NCBI GenBank assembly: GCA_038060895.1
Contig: JBBTCT010000022.1
Span: 1 to 64,000, forward strand
Origin: Planctomycetota bacterium
GTDB taxonomy: Bacteria; Planctomycetota; MHYJ01; WSZJ01
Direction of reading: 5' to 3'
Length of the DNA: 64,000 bases
A program made the position numbers and the translations under genes. Positions within the stretch are counted from its first letter, which is position 1. Each line of letters opens with the position of its first letter. Of this stretch, positions 22,490-31,712 are shown piece after piece. Under the pieces are notes generated by a model. It was not told the DNA's origin. It worked only from the letters and a program-made list of their open reading frames with translations, and made no database searches.

Positions 22490-25400
22490 GTGCTGAACCG
22501 GCTGATCGCCTTTTCGCTGACGCATCGCGGGCTCGTGCTCGCCCTTGCGCTGGCGGCGTCGATCTACGGCGCCTGGACGGCCGCTGGGATGAAAGTTGAC
22601 GTGCTTCCCGACCTCGACCGGCCGACAGTGACGATCATGACGGAAGCGCCCGGGCTGGCGCCCGAGGAAGTGGAACGGCTGGTCACGTTTCCGATCGAGA
22701 CTTCGGTGAACGGAGCCGCCGGAGTGCGCCGCGTGCGGTCGGCAAGCGGCGTCGGGCTGTCGATCGTCTGGGTCGAGTTCGACTGGGGAACCGACATCTA
22801 CCGCGACCGCCAGATTGTTGGCGAGAAACTGACGCAGATCGGCGACCGGCTTCCGGAGGGGGCGCACCCGGAGATGGCCCCGATTTCCTCCATCATGGGG
22901 GAGATCCTGATCGTCGGGATGTTCTCCGAGGACGGCACGACCCGCCCGATCGACATCCGCTCGATCGCCGAGTGGAGAGTCCGCCCGCGCCTGCTGTCCG
23001 TGCCCGGCATTTCCCAGGTGACGGTCATGGGGGGCGGTCTGAGGCAGATCCAGGTCACCACAACCCCCGAACGCCTCCTCCGGCACGACGTCACCCTCGA
23101 GGATCTCTCTGACGCCGTCGCCGACTCCAACGCCAGCGTCGCCGGCGGCTTCCTCGTCGAACCCGGGACCGAATCGCTCATCCGCATCACCGGCCGCGCC
23201 GATTCGCTCGACGACGTCCGTGAAGCAGTCGTCGCGGACCGCCAGCCCGTCGCGGTCCTGGTCCGCGATGTCGCCGAAGTCGCCTGGGGCCCGGCGACCG
23301 CGCGCGGCGACGGGGCCATCGACGCGAAACCCGCCGTCATCCTCTCGATCCAGAAACAGCCTGAGGCCGACACCGTCCGGCTCAGCCGGGACATCGACGC
23401 CGCGATCGAAGGCCTCAAAGGATCGCTGCCGGCCGACGTCCGCGTGAACAACCGCCTCTTCCGCCAGGAGTCGTTCATCGACGCCGCGATCCGCAACGTC
23501 CTCGAGGCGCTCAGGGACGGCACAATTCTGGTCGTCGTGATTCTCATTCTGTTCCTCTGGAACCTGCGCACGTCCGTCGTCAACCTGACGGCGATTCCGT
23601 TGTCCCTCGTTCTCACCGCCCTGGTCTTTCACGCCTTCGGCCTGTCCATCAACACCATGACGCTCGGCGGCATCGCCGTCGCCGTCGGCGAGCTCGTCGA
23701 CGACTCGATCGTGGACGTCGAGAACATCTTCCGCAGGCTGCGCGAGAACCGCGAAAAGAACAGCCCGCACCATCCCCTTCTCGTCGTCTTCCGCGCCTCC
23801 GCCGAAGTTCGCAACTCGATCGTCTACGCGACGCTCGTCATCGCCGCGGCGCTCGTCCCGCTGATGTCGCTCTCCGGGATCGAGGGCCGCCTTTTCGCCC
23901 CCGTGGGCTACGCCTACCTGACCGCCCTGCTCGCGTCGCTCCTCGTGAGCCTGACGGTCACCCCGGCGCTGTCGTACATGCTCCTCGGCAAGGCCCGCGT
24001 CACCGAACGCCACGGCGATCCGGCGCTCCTCCGCTTCCTGAAGGCCGCCGATCGCCGCGTCCTCGGCCTGTCTCTGCGATTCCCGCTTCTCGTCCTCATC
24101 CCCCCCGCTCTCGGCGTCGTCGTCGCCATCTGGGCCTTCCTCCGGATGGGCGGCGAGTTCCTCCCGCCTTTCAACGAGGGGACCTTCACCGTCAACGTTG
24201 TCGCCGAGCCCGGCACCTCGCTGGAGGAGTCGAACCGGCTCGGAGCGGTGGCAGAAGGGCTTCTCCACGAGGTTCCGGAGGTGGTTTCGACGGCGCGCCG
24301 GACGGGGCGCGCCGAGATGGACGAGCACGCGGAGGGCGTGAATTCCTCCGAGATCGAGGTCGTGCTCAAGCCCGGGCGCGAGCGCGACGAGGTGATGGCG
24401 GACATCCGCGAGCGGCTGTCGTACATGACGGGCGCCGTCGTAAACCTCGGACAGCCGATTTCGCACCGGATCGACCACCTGATGAGCGGCGTGAAGGCGC
24501 AACTCGCCGTGAAGATCTTCGGTCCCGACCTCGACGTCCTGCGCGACCGCGCCGCCCGTCTGTCCGACCGGATGGCGAAAGTCCCCGGCGTCGTTGACCT
24601 GCAGGTCGAGCCGCAGGTCAACATCCCCGAACTTCGCGTCCGAATCCGGCGGGACATGCTCAAGCTCTACGGGCTGGGCGCAAGGCACGTCGCCGAGGCG
24701 CTCGAGACCGCACTCAAGGGGCGCACGGTTTCCCAGGTCCTGCAGGGGGACAGCTCGATCGACATGGTCGTCTGGTTCGAAGAGAGCGCGCGCAACGACC
24801 CTCGCGTCATCGAGCGCGCGCTCCTGACGACGCCCTCCGGCGCCCGGATTCCGCTGGCCGCCGTCGCCGACGTCGCGCGTTCCAGCGGCCCGAACACGAT
24901 CAACCGGGAGGGAAGCCAGCGGCGCATCGCCGTGCAGTGCAACGTCGCCGGGCGGGACATCACGTCGGTCGTCGCGGACATCCGGGCGCTCGAGAAGGCG
25001 CTCGACCTCCCGGCCGGATACCGCGTCGAGTATGGCGGCCAGTTCGAAGCGCGCCGCGCGGCGGCCACCCGCATCGCCGTCCTTTCGATCTTCGCTCTGG
25101 TCGCCATCTTCGTCCTTCTGACGCGCGCTCTCGGGTCCTGGCGGGCCGCCCTGCAGTGCCTCGTCAACCTTCCGCTTGCGTTCGTCGGCGGCGTCCTCGC
25201 GGTCTGGTGGTTCGGCGACCGCACGTTGTCCGTCGCTTCGCTCATCGGCTTCATCACCCTCACCGGCATCGTCATGCGCAACGGAATCATGATGATCTCG
25301 CACTACATCCATCTCATGCGCCACGAAGGCGAGACCTTCGGCAAGGACATGATCGTCCGGGGGTCGCTCGAGCGCCTGGCCCCGGTCCTGATGACCGCCC

Positions 25401-25654
25401 TCACTGCCGGCATCGGGCTCGTGCCTCTCGCACTCGGGAAAGGGGAAACCGGCAAGGAGATCCTCCACCCTCTCGCCATCGTCGTCATCGGTGGGCTGGT
25501 TTCCTCCACCCTTCTCGACCAGTTCGTCACTCCCGCGCTGTTCTACCTGCTCGGCCGTAAGGTCTACGAGAAACGCTTCGCAACCCACGACGCGCCCGAA
25601 GAGGTTCCGCCGGAGCTTCTTCGGGCCGTGTCAAACTCAGGAGAATCGCAATGA
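22490..25654 (+). CDS. CzcA/NrsA-type heavy-metal RND permease
   Basis: VDVLPDL, NTMTLGG, GELVDDSIVDVEN, GRAEMDEHAEG, PISHRIDH, ERLAPVLMT. Confidence 0.92.
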   Translation: MLNRLIAFSLTHRGLVLALALAASIYGAWTAAGMKVDVLPDLDRPTVTIMTEAPGLAPEEVERLVTFPIETSVNGAAGVRRVRSASGVGLSIVWVEFDWGTDIYRDRQIVGEKLTQIGDRLPEGAHPEMAPISSIMGEILIVGMFSEDGTTRPIDIRSIAEWRVRPRLLSVPGISQVTVMGGGLRQIQVTTTPERLLRHDVTLEDLSDAVADSNASVAGGFLVEPGTESLIRITGRADSLDDVREAVVADRQPVAVLVRDVAEVAWGPATARGDGAIDAKPAVILSIQKQPEADTVRLSRDIDAAIEGLKGSLPADVRVNNRLFRQESFIDAAIRNVLEALRDGTILVVVILILFLWNLRTSVVNLTAIPLSLVLTALVFHAFGLSINTMTLGGIAVAVGELVDDSIVDVENIFRRLRENREKNSPHHPLLVVFRASAEVRNSIVYATLVIAAALVPLMSLSGIEGRLFAPVGYAYLTALLASLLVSLTVTPALSYMLLGKARVTERHGDPALLRFLKAADRRVLGLSLRFPLLVLIPPALGVVVAIWAFLRMGGEFLPPFNEGTFTVNVVAEPGTSLEESNRLGAVAEGLLHEVPEVVSTARRTGRAEMDEHAEGVNSSEIEVVLKPGRERDEVMADIRERLSYMTGAVVNLGQPISHRIDHLMSGVKAQLAVKIFGPDLDVLRDRAARLSDRMAKVPGVVDLQVEPQVNIPELRVRIRRDMLKLYGLGARHVAEALETALKGRTVSQVLQGDSSIDMVVWFEESARNDPRVIERALLTTPSGARIPLAAVADVARSSGPNTINREGSQRRIAVQCNVAGRDITSVVADIRALEKALDLPAGYRVEYGGQFEARRAAATRIAVLSIFALVAIFVLLTRALGSWRAALQCLVNLPLAFVGGVLAVWWFGDRTLSVASLIGFITLTGIVMRNGIMMISHYIHLMRHEGETFGKDMIVRGSLERLAPVLMTALTAGIGLVPLALGKGETGKEILHPLAIVVIGGLVSSTLLDQFVTPALFYLLGRKVYEKRFATHDAPEEVPPELLRAVSNSGESQ

Positions 25655-26253
25655 AGACGCTGTTGACCGCCTCCCTCGTCGCAGCCGGTCTGCTTCTCGG
25701 CGGTTGCGGAAAATCCGAGGACGACCACTCGGGACACAAGCATGGGCCGGGCGAGGAACATTCATGGACTTGCCCGATGCATCCGGAGGTGAAGAGCGAC
25801 AAGCCGGGGAAATGTCCGAAGTGCGGGATGGACCTGACGGTCGCGAAGGAAGAGAAGGGGCATGAGGGCCACGGGCACGGCGGAGAGCCGGTCAAGGTCT
25901 CGTCGAAGGGCTTCGACGATTCCGTCGCGCAGATGGAAACGCGCCTCAAGACGATTGACGCCTTGATCGCTTCCGGCAAACTCGACGAAGTGCACAAGGA
26001 GGCCGAGGTTATCTGCAATCTCGCGAAGGGGATGCCCGAGCAAACGAAAGGCTGGCCCGCGGACAAGGCGGCGTCCGCGGCCGAGAACGCCGCGAAGCTG
26101 GCGGGGATGTTCCGGGAGATCGACTCGGCCTCCGACGGCGGCAAGCCGGACGAGACCAGGACCGCGACAGCGAAGATGCGAGAGCTTGTCGGGAAGCTGA
26201 AGACCCTGTCGCCGGGGACGAAGCACGATCACGAAGAAGGCAGCCACAAGTAA
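25651..26253 (+). CDS. His-rich lipoprotein with heavy-metal-binding domain
   Basis: Lipobox LGGC, WTCPMHP...CPKCGMDL, several His clusters. ATGA overlap with the RND gene. Confidence 0.82.
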   Translation: MKTLLTASLVAAGLLLGGCGKSEDDHSGHKHGPGEEHSWTCPMHPEVKSDKPGKCPKCGMDLTVAKEEKGHEGHGHGGEPVKVSSKGFDDSVAQMETRLKTIDALIASGKLDEVHKEAEVICNLAKGMPEQTKGWPADKAASAAENAAKLAGMFREIDSASDGGKPDETRTATAKMRELVGKLKTLSPGTKHDHEEGSHK

Positions 26254-26281
26254 CTCTCCCCAAACACGAAGGGAATCGACC

Positions 26282-26657
26282 ATGCGGACGACATACATGA
26301 GTTGTGCGATGGCGTTGTTCGCCGCCGCAATCTCCGGCTGCAGCGGCACGACGGACACCGTCGTCGAAGGCCAGGCCCGCGACCCCATGTGCGGCATGAC
26401 CACGACCGTTGCCGGAAAGCCGCTGCCCTTGGACATTGCGGGGCCTTGACTCCATGACGACCGTGATCGACCCCCTCTGCGGAATGCCCGTGTCCGGGTT
26501 GCTCGCGCCTCAGGAGGCCGATAGCTTCACGCGCGGTAACGACCGGGGCTTGCCCGCGCGGTCCCGCTCCGGCAGGATGGGGCCGTCCCCCGACTTCCCG
26601 GCTTCACACCTCGGACGGCATCTGCACCGGAGCGGCCTGCCCATTTGCCTCAACTGA
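26282..26657 (+). pseudogene. Degenerate tandem YHS-like lipoprotein remnant
   Basis: 26282-26449 encodes lipobox ISGC and RDPMCGM. A second IDPLCGM follows in another frame (ATG 26454). Neither has the YYFC half. Confidence 0.45.
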
Positions 26658-27856
26658 CTCCCGAAGACATCGCCCGTCGAAAAGCCTACCTCGACATCAC
26701 CGCCGAGGACGAGCGGCTGCTTCGTGAAGTCCACCCGCTTCTCGCGGGCCATGCCGAAGCGGTCATCGAGCGCTTCTACAGCTACCTGCTTTCAAACGAA
26801 AACACCCGCAGGATGCTCGAGGCTCCGGGCCTGGTCGAGCGCCTGAAAGGGCTCCAGAGGGCGTATTTTGAGAAGCTCACCGCCGGCGACTACGGGATGG
26901 CGTACTTCCAGGATCGCGTCCGGGTCGGGCACACGCACGAGCGTGTCGGGTTGGCGCCCGAGTGGTACATGGGAGCGTACAACGCGTACCTCCAGATCGT
27001 CTCCGACGTCCTCCGCCGCGCCTTCCCGCCGGACGACGAGCGCTGCGTTCGCACCATCACCGCGCTTTCCAAAGTCGTCATGCTCGACATGGGCCTCGCC
27101 ATCGACGCCTACATCGAGCGGGCACGCGGGCGGCTCGAGCAGCGCAATGCCGAGCTCATACGCCTCCAGTCCGCAAAGCAGACCCTCACGGACATGATCG
27201 TCCACGACCTCCAGAATCCACTGGCCGGCATCCGCGCGTTCCTCGAGCACTTTTCATCGAGGAAGGAGGCCGTGACCGGGACTGAGCGCGAAGCGCTCGA
27301 AGAGGCCCTCCGTCGCTGCGACGACCTGGGAGAGATGGTCATGAACGTGCTGCAGGTGAGCCGCGCCGAAACCGGGAATCTCCAGGTCTACCTGGAAGAC
27401 CTGGATCTCGCGGACCTGGCGAAGCGGAGCGTCGCGGCGTTCGAGCTTCACGCGAGGCACGAGGGGAGGCCGATCCTCCTGGAAGCGGCGTTGCCCGTGA
27501 AGGTGCGCTCCGACCAGTCGCTGCTCAAGCGCATCTTCTACAACCTGATCCGCAACGCGCTCCGGCACACGCCGCGCGGCACGAACATCACCATCCGGGT
27601 CTCTCCCGCGGGCGAGGGGCGCGGCGAGTTCGTCGTCACCGACGACGGGCCCGGCATCCCCCCGCACGTCCAGCCGCTGCTCTTCGAGCGATTCGGCGCC
27701 GCCACGCTTCGCGACGCGGGGTTGCGCGTCGACACGGGACTGGGGCTCGCCTTCTGCCGTTCGGCGATCGACGCGCTGGGCGGGCGCATCGCAGTCGAGA
27801 GCGACGGGCACAAGGGCACGACATTCCGGATTGCGATCGGCCAGCCGGCACCGTAG
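26645..27856 (+). CDS. Globin-coupled sensor histidine kinase
   Basis: Protoglobin-type domain (ERFYSYL, LKGLQRAY, RVGHTHERVGLAPEWYMGAY), HDLQNPL, NLIRNALRH, DDGPGI, GLGLAF. Confidence 0.9.
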   Translation: MPQLTPEDIARRKAYLDITAEDERLLREVHPLLAGHAEAVIERFYSYLLSNENTRRMLEAPGLVERLKGLQRAYFEKLTAGDYGMAYFQDRVRVGHTHERVGLAPEWYMGAYNAYLQIVSDVLRRAFPPDDERCVRTITALSKVVMLDMGLAIDAYIERARGRLEQRNAELIRLQSAKQTLTDMIVHDLQNPLAGIRAFLEHFSSRKEAVTGTEREALEEALRRCDDLGEMVMNVLQVSRAETGNLQVYLEDLDLADLAKRSVAAFELHARHEGRPILLEAALPVKVRSDQSLLKRIFYNLIRNALRHTPRGTNITIRVSPAGEGRGEFVVTDDGPGIPPHVQPLLFERFGAATLRDAGLRVDTGLGLAFCRSAIDALGGRIAVESDGHKGTTFRIAIGQPAP

Positions 27857-27859
27857 TTT

Positions 27860-28714
27860 TTATTTCGACCGCACGACCAGGATCGGCACCGTCGCCGCGC
27901 GAAGCACCTTTTCCGTCACGCTTCCCATCACCCAGCGCGAAGGGCCGCTCCGCCCGTGCGTGCTCATCACCAGGAGATCGACCCCGTGGCGCTTGGTGGC
28001 GTCGAGGATTTCGGAAGCAGGGTCGCCGAGGCGGATGATCGGGTCCACCGGGATCCCCGCGGCCGCGATGTCCTTCACCGCAATACGCACCAGCGGGTCG
28101 CCCTCGCCGGCCTTCCCTTCAAAGGTCGGTTCGACGACGCCGAGCACCAGCACGCTCGCCTGCGTCGCCCGGGCCAGTTCCTTGACGTGCGGGAGCACCG
28201 CAAGCGACTTCTCGCTCCCGTCCACCGGCATCAGGATTTTCTTGAAGGGAATCTCCTGGACCGGCGTGCGGTCGGCGCCGACTTCCGGATCCTTGAACGA
28301 GCGGACCAGCAGGACCGGCGTTTCGCTCGCCCTCGAAACCTTCTCAGCGACGCTTCCCAGCACGAACCTCGACAGCCCCGTGCGCCCGTGCGTGGACATC
28401 GCGATGAGCGTCGCCTTGTGGTCCTTCGCCGCTTCCAGGATCGTCGTCGCCTCCGAGCCGACTTTCACGACGCCATGAGCTTTGACACCTTCGCGCTCCA
28501 GCTGCTTCTTCAGCGCCGCGATGTACTTCTCCGCTTCGGCCTTCAGGTCCATCAACATCGGCGCGTACTCCACGCCTGGCTGCACCGGGACCGGGACGGC
28601 CTCCACCAGCGTCACTTCCGAGTCCTTCAGCCGCAGGATGCGACAGACCTGGCCCAGGATGGCTTCGGAGACTTCGGAGCCGTCGAGCGGAACTAGGATG
28701 CGGTCCAGAAGCAT
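27860..28714 (-). CDS. Tandem-domain universal stress protein
   Basis: ILVPLDGS, MSTHGRTG...GSVAEKV repeated twice. Confidence 0.92.
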   Translation of the reverse strand: MLLDRILVPLDGSEVSEAILGQVCRILRLKDSEVTLVEAVPVPVQPGVEYAPMLMDLKAEAEKYIAALKKQLEREGVKAHGVVKVGSEATTILEAAKDHKATLIAMSTHGRTGLSRFVLGSVAEKVSRASETPVLLVRSFKDPEVGADRTPVQEIPFKKILMPVDGSEKSLAVLPHVKELARATQASVLVLGVVEPTFEGKAGEGDPLVRIAVKDIAAAGIPVDPIIRLGDPASEILDATKRHGVDLLVMSTHGRSGPSRWVMGSVTEKVLRAATVPILVVRSK

Positions 28715-28753
28715 GGGTCACCTCGTGTTTTGGGTTGAAAGGTCCTCTCCTGT

Positions 28754-28769
28754 CGCACGCCGCGTGCCG
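28754..28769 (-). promoter_or_regulatory. Sigma54 -24/-12 promoter
   Basis: Minus strand CGGCACGCGGCGTGCG (GG-N10-GC), 40 nt before the USP start. Confidence 0.6.
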
Positions 28770-28783
28770 CGCTTCCCGGGAAC

Positions 28784-29122
28784 TCAGTGCCTCGCAAACG
28801 CCTCGAACACAGGGGGAAACGTGCCGACGAAGCCACAGAGGATGAGGACGGCCGAAGCGACCGTTGCCTTTGCCGAGCATATCTCGCGCCGACGCCACCA
28901 AAGGTGCAGCCCTGCCCAGGAGGCCAGCCAGGCGATGGTGGCGACAGTCGACTTGCCAGAAAGCGGCCCTGCCGGCGGCCACCAGTCCATGGCCTTTTTA
29001 AACGCCGGAAACGCTTCGCAGCCGATGGCGGCGCTTCCCAGCACGGCGCACCCGATTCCCGTGGCCAGCAGGCACGCCATCGCGGCGCCGGAAGGACGGT
29101 CAGAGCCTGGAACAACGGCCAT
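28784..29122 (-). CDS. Small hypothetical membrane protein
   Basis: Three hydrophobic segments, GPLSGK and TFPPVF motifs, GAGGTG RBS. Confidence 0.7.
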   Translation of the reverse strand: MAVVPGSDRPSGAAMACLLATGIGCAVLGSAAIGCEAFPAFKKAMDWWPPAGPLSGKSTVATIAWLASWAGLHLWWRRREICSAKATVASAVLILCGFVGTFPPVFEAFARH

Positions 29123-29130
29123 GCTTCACC

Positions 29131-29643
29131 TCACGCGATGGGGGCGACCTTGTTGATGAAGGCCCCGAAGAGCCCGCCGACGGCGGCTGAGAAGAACGCC
29201 AATCCGTAGAGCATCAACACAGTCCTGCGGAGTGCGTCCTGGCGGGCCAGTTCGCGGCCGTAGGCGGTAACGAGGAAAGCGGCCGCCGTGATGAGGAAGG
29301 GCGACAGCCAGCTCACGTGCTCCTTCCATTCCATTCCGAACGTGTGCCAGGTTGCCTTTCCCGCGTCCGCGAGGAGCCGCGACCGCGGGCTGTCGGGCGT
29401 CTTCGCCCGATACCAGGGGTAGACGATCCAGGTGCCGCTGATCACGGTTGCCCAGCACATGAACGCCATGACCCAGGTACCCAGACGGAGATGGCGGACG
29501 CGCCGGTCGAGCTCCGGGCCCGTCAGCGATGCCGCGCGCAGACCCCAGAGAGTCGCCAGCCCCCCCGCAAACGCGAGGAGGAAGACCGCGCCCACGAGCA
29601 TCCCGTGGAACACCGTCCAAAACTCCCTTGAGCTCAGGCTCAT
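29131..29643 (-). CDS. Four-TM membrane protein with His residues
   Basis: FHGM, ISGTWIVYPWYR, WHTFGMEWKEH, GAFINKVAP. Start reset to ATG 29643. Confidence 0.75.
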   Translation of the reverse strand: MSLSSREFWTVFHGMLVGAVFLLAFAGGLATLWGLRAASLTGPELDRRVRHLRLGTWVMAFMCWATVISGTWIVYPWYRAKTPDSPRSRLLADAGKATWHTFGMEWKEHVSWLSPFLITAAAFLVTAYGRELARQDALRRTVLMLYGLAFFSAAVGGLFGAFINKVAPIA

Positions 29644-29656
29644 GCCATGGCCCGTT

Positions 29657-29672
29657 CGCATGCGGCGTGCCG
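29657..29672 (-). promoter_or_regulatory. Sigma54 -24/-12 promoter
   Basis: Minus strand CGGCACGCCGCATGCG. Predicted +1 falls close to ATG 29643 (near-leaderless). Confidence 0.55.
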
Positions 29673-29792
29673 CCGCGGAGGCTGCGGGCAGCGCCGGCAG
29701 ATCGCAGGCATGACCGCGTAAAAAGACCCGAATCATCGGTAGTTTCAACACGACTGCAACTCCCCCCCACCGGTTTCCCCTCCCGGACGACC

Positions 29793-29808
29793 CGGCCCCG
29801 GTTTTGCG
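29793..29808 (+). promoter_or_regulatory. Sigma54 -24/-12 promoter
   Basis: CGGCCCCGGTTTTGCG upstream of the GGAGGA RBS and ATG 29852. Confidence 0.6.
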
Positions 29809-29851
29809 AAATACCTCACACGACCCTCTCTACTCCCATCCGGAGGAATCC

Positions 29852-30754
29852 ATGTACCGCACCATCCTCGTCCCTGTCGACGGCTCCAGCGCCTCCGAGT
29901 ACGCCATCCCGTTTGCCCTCGAAATCGCCCGCCGCGCCAAAGGGCGAGTGCGACTTCTGCGGGCCATGCCCGAGTCCCTCATCGTGTCCGACATCCCGGT
30001 GTCCGTGCAGGCCTCGGTCCGCAAGCTCGCCGAGAGGGAAGTTGATCGCCTGATCAAGGTGTACGAAACACCCGAAGTGCCTCTCGACGCCGAGGTTCGC
30101 ATCGGCTTCCCGCTCGAGGAGATCAAGCGCGCCGCAACCAAGGCCGACCTGATCGTCATGACGACTCACGGTCGAGGCGGAGTTCAGCGCTGGGTCATGG
30201 GAAGCGTTGCGGACAAGGTCATCCGGCTCGCTGCCAAGCCTGTGCTCGCGATTCACCCTCCCCAGAAACGGACTCGTGCCACGGCCGAAGCCGCCGCGCT
30301 TCGGATGTTCCGCGACGCCATGGTCTCCCTCGACGGCTCTCGCGTCGCAGGCCAGGCCCTTCGCGAGCTCAAGCAGTTTGCCGAAGGAGGGACTCGCATC
30401 CACCTCGTCCGCGTCGTCGCAAAGGGTGCGACCCCGGCGATGCGCGACCTCGCCGATAACGACCTCAAGGACGCCGCTTCCGGCCTCGTGGCCCGCGGCG
30501 TGAATGTCGTGCAGTCCGTCGAGAAGAACGACAGCCCTGCGGAAGCGATCGTGGACTATGCGCTCAAGAAGGGGTGCGGCGTGATCGTCATGACGACGCG
30601 CGGCGCCGGCGGCGTCGAGCGCTGGATCCTGGGCGGCGTGACCGACAAGGTCGTGCGCCACGGACCGACGCCCGTTCTGGTCATCCGCGCTTCACGGGCG
30701 TTGTGGAAGGACGGGAAGCGGCCGCTCGGGATGCGAAACGTGGTGGTCATTTAG
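29852..30754 (+). CDS. Tandem-domain universal stress protein
   Basis: ILVPVDGS, MTTHGRGG...GSVADKV, second USP domain MTTRGAGG...GGVTDKV. Confidence 0.92.
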   Translation: MYRTILVPVDGSSASEYAIPFALEIARRAKGRVRLLRAMPESLIVSDIPVSVQASVRKLAEREVDRLIKVYETPEVPLDAEVRIGFPLEEIKRAATKADLIVMTTHGRGGVQRWVMGSVADKVIRLAAKPVLAIHPPQKRTRATAEAAALRMFRDAMVSLDGSRVAGQALRELKQFAEGGTRIHLVRVVAKGATPAMRDLADNDLKDAASGLVARGVNVVQSVEKNDSPAEAIVDYALKKGCGVIVMTTRGAGGVERWILGGVTDKVVRHGPTPVLVIRASRALWKDGKRPLGMRNVVVI

Positions 30755-30757
30755 GCC

Positions 30758-31597
30758 ATGCTGAAACACGTCCTCATCCCGCTCGACGCATCTCCGGCCG
30801 CAGAGTCGGTCCTTTCCCGCTTCATGCCGCTCCTCGTCAGGCCCGACACTGAAGTCGTGGTGCTGCACGTCTCGACTCCGCCGCTCGCAGCGTCGATGGA
30901 CCCGCGCCGGGGAGACGACGTGCGTGAGGAGGCGCAGGACTACGTCCGGGCCATCGCCGGACGATTGTCGGGACAGGGAGTGCGCTGCAGGGGAGTGGTC
31001 AAGGCCGGGCCGGCCGCCGAAGCGATCGTGGCGACTGCGGCCGAGAAGACGAATGGGATGATCGCCATGGCGACGCACGGGCGGACCGGCCTTGCGCGGC
31101 TCGCGTTCGGAAGCGTCGCCGAGCGTGTTCTGAGGCACAGCCCCGTGCCGGTCCTGCTGGTGCGTTCGGCTGGGGAGCAGGCTGCGGGGACCGCGCTCGC
31201 CGTGAAACGGATGATGGTGCCCGTGGACGGAAGTGCGCTCGCGCTGGCCGTCGCGCCGTACGTGGCGGAACTGGCGAAAGCCTTCAAGGCGGAGGTCACG
31301 CTCGTGCACGTCCTCCCTCCGAAGCCGGCGCAGGGCGAGACAATCGCGCACGCCGAGCGCGTCGTCGCGGCGGCGAAGGAACGCTTCCAGGAGGAAGGCG
31401 TAGCCTGCGAAGCCCTGATCCGGACGGGAGACGCGGCGGAGGAGATCCTCGATGCCGTGAGGCAGAACAGGGCGGACCTGGTCGCCTGCTCAACGCACGG
31501 TCGAACGGGGATCGCGCGCGCGGTGCTGGGAAGCGTCGCGGAAAAAATGATGCGCATGGCGACGGTGCCCCTGCTTGTCTGCCGGGCAGCGACCTAA
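30758..31597 (+). CDS. Tandem-domain universal stress protein
   Basis: VLIPLDAS, MATHGRTG...GSVAERV, STHGRTG...GSVAEKM. Confidence 0.92.
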   Translation: MLKHVLIPLDASPAAESVLSRFMPLLVRPDTEVVVLHVSTPPLAASMDPRRGDDVREEAQDYVRAIAGRLSGQGVRCRGVVKAGPAAEAIVATAAEKTNGMIAMATHGRTGLARLAFGSVAERVLRHSPVPVLLVRSAGEQAAGTALAVKRMMVPVDGSALALAVAPYVAELAKAFKAEVTLVHVLPPKPAQGETIAHAERVVAAAKERFQEEGVACEALIRTGDAAEEILDAVRQNRADLVACSTHGRTGIARAVLGSVAEKMMRMATVPLLVCRAAT

Positions 31598-31671
31598 GCG
31601 GGAATTCCCGCGGGCTCGAGGTATTCCACGCCCGTCCAGGCGCCGATTTTGCCGGATTCACGCGTTCGCTT

Positions 31672-31687
31672 CGGCATCCGATTCGCA
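31672..31687 (+). promoter_or_regulatory. Sigma54 -24/-12 promoter
   Basis: CGGCATCCGATTCGCA before the AGGAG RBS of mobB. Confidence 0.55.
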
Positions 31688-31712
31688 TTCTCCATGCACA
31701 GGAGAAAGCACC

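Noticed and set aside
22469-25588. 1039-aa minus-strand ORF (likewise 4148-6940, 18504-21287, 50-1468, 58073-60040)
   Set aside because: Shadow frames opposite well-supported genes.
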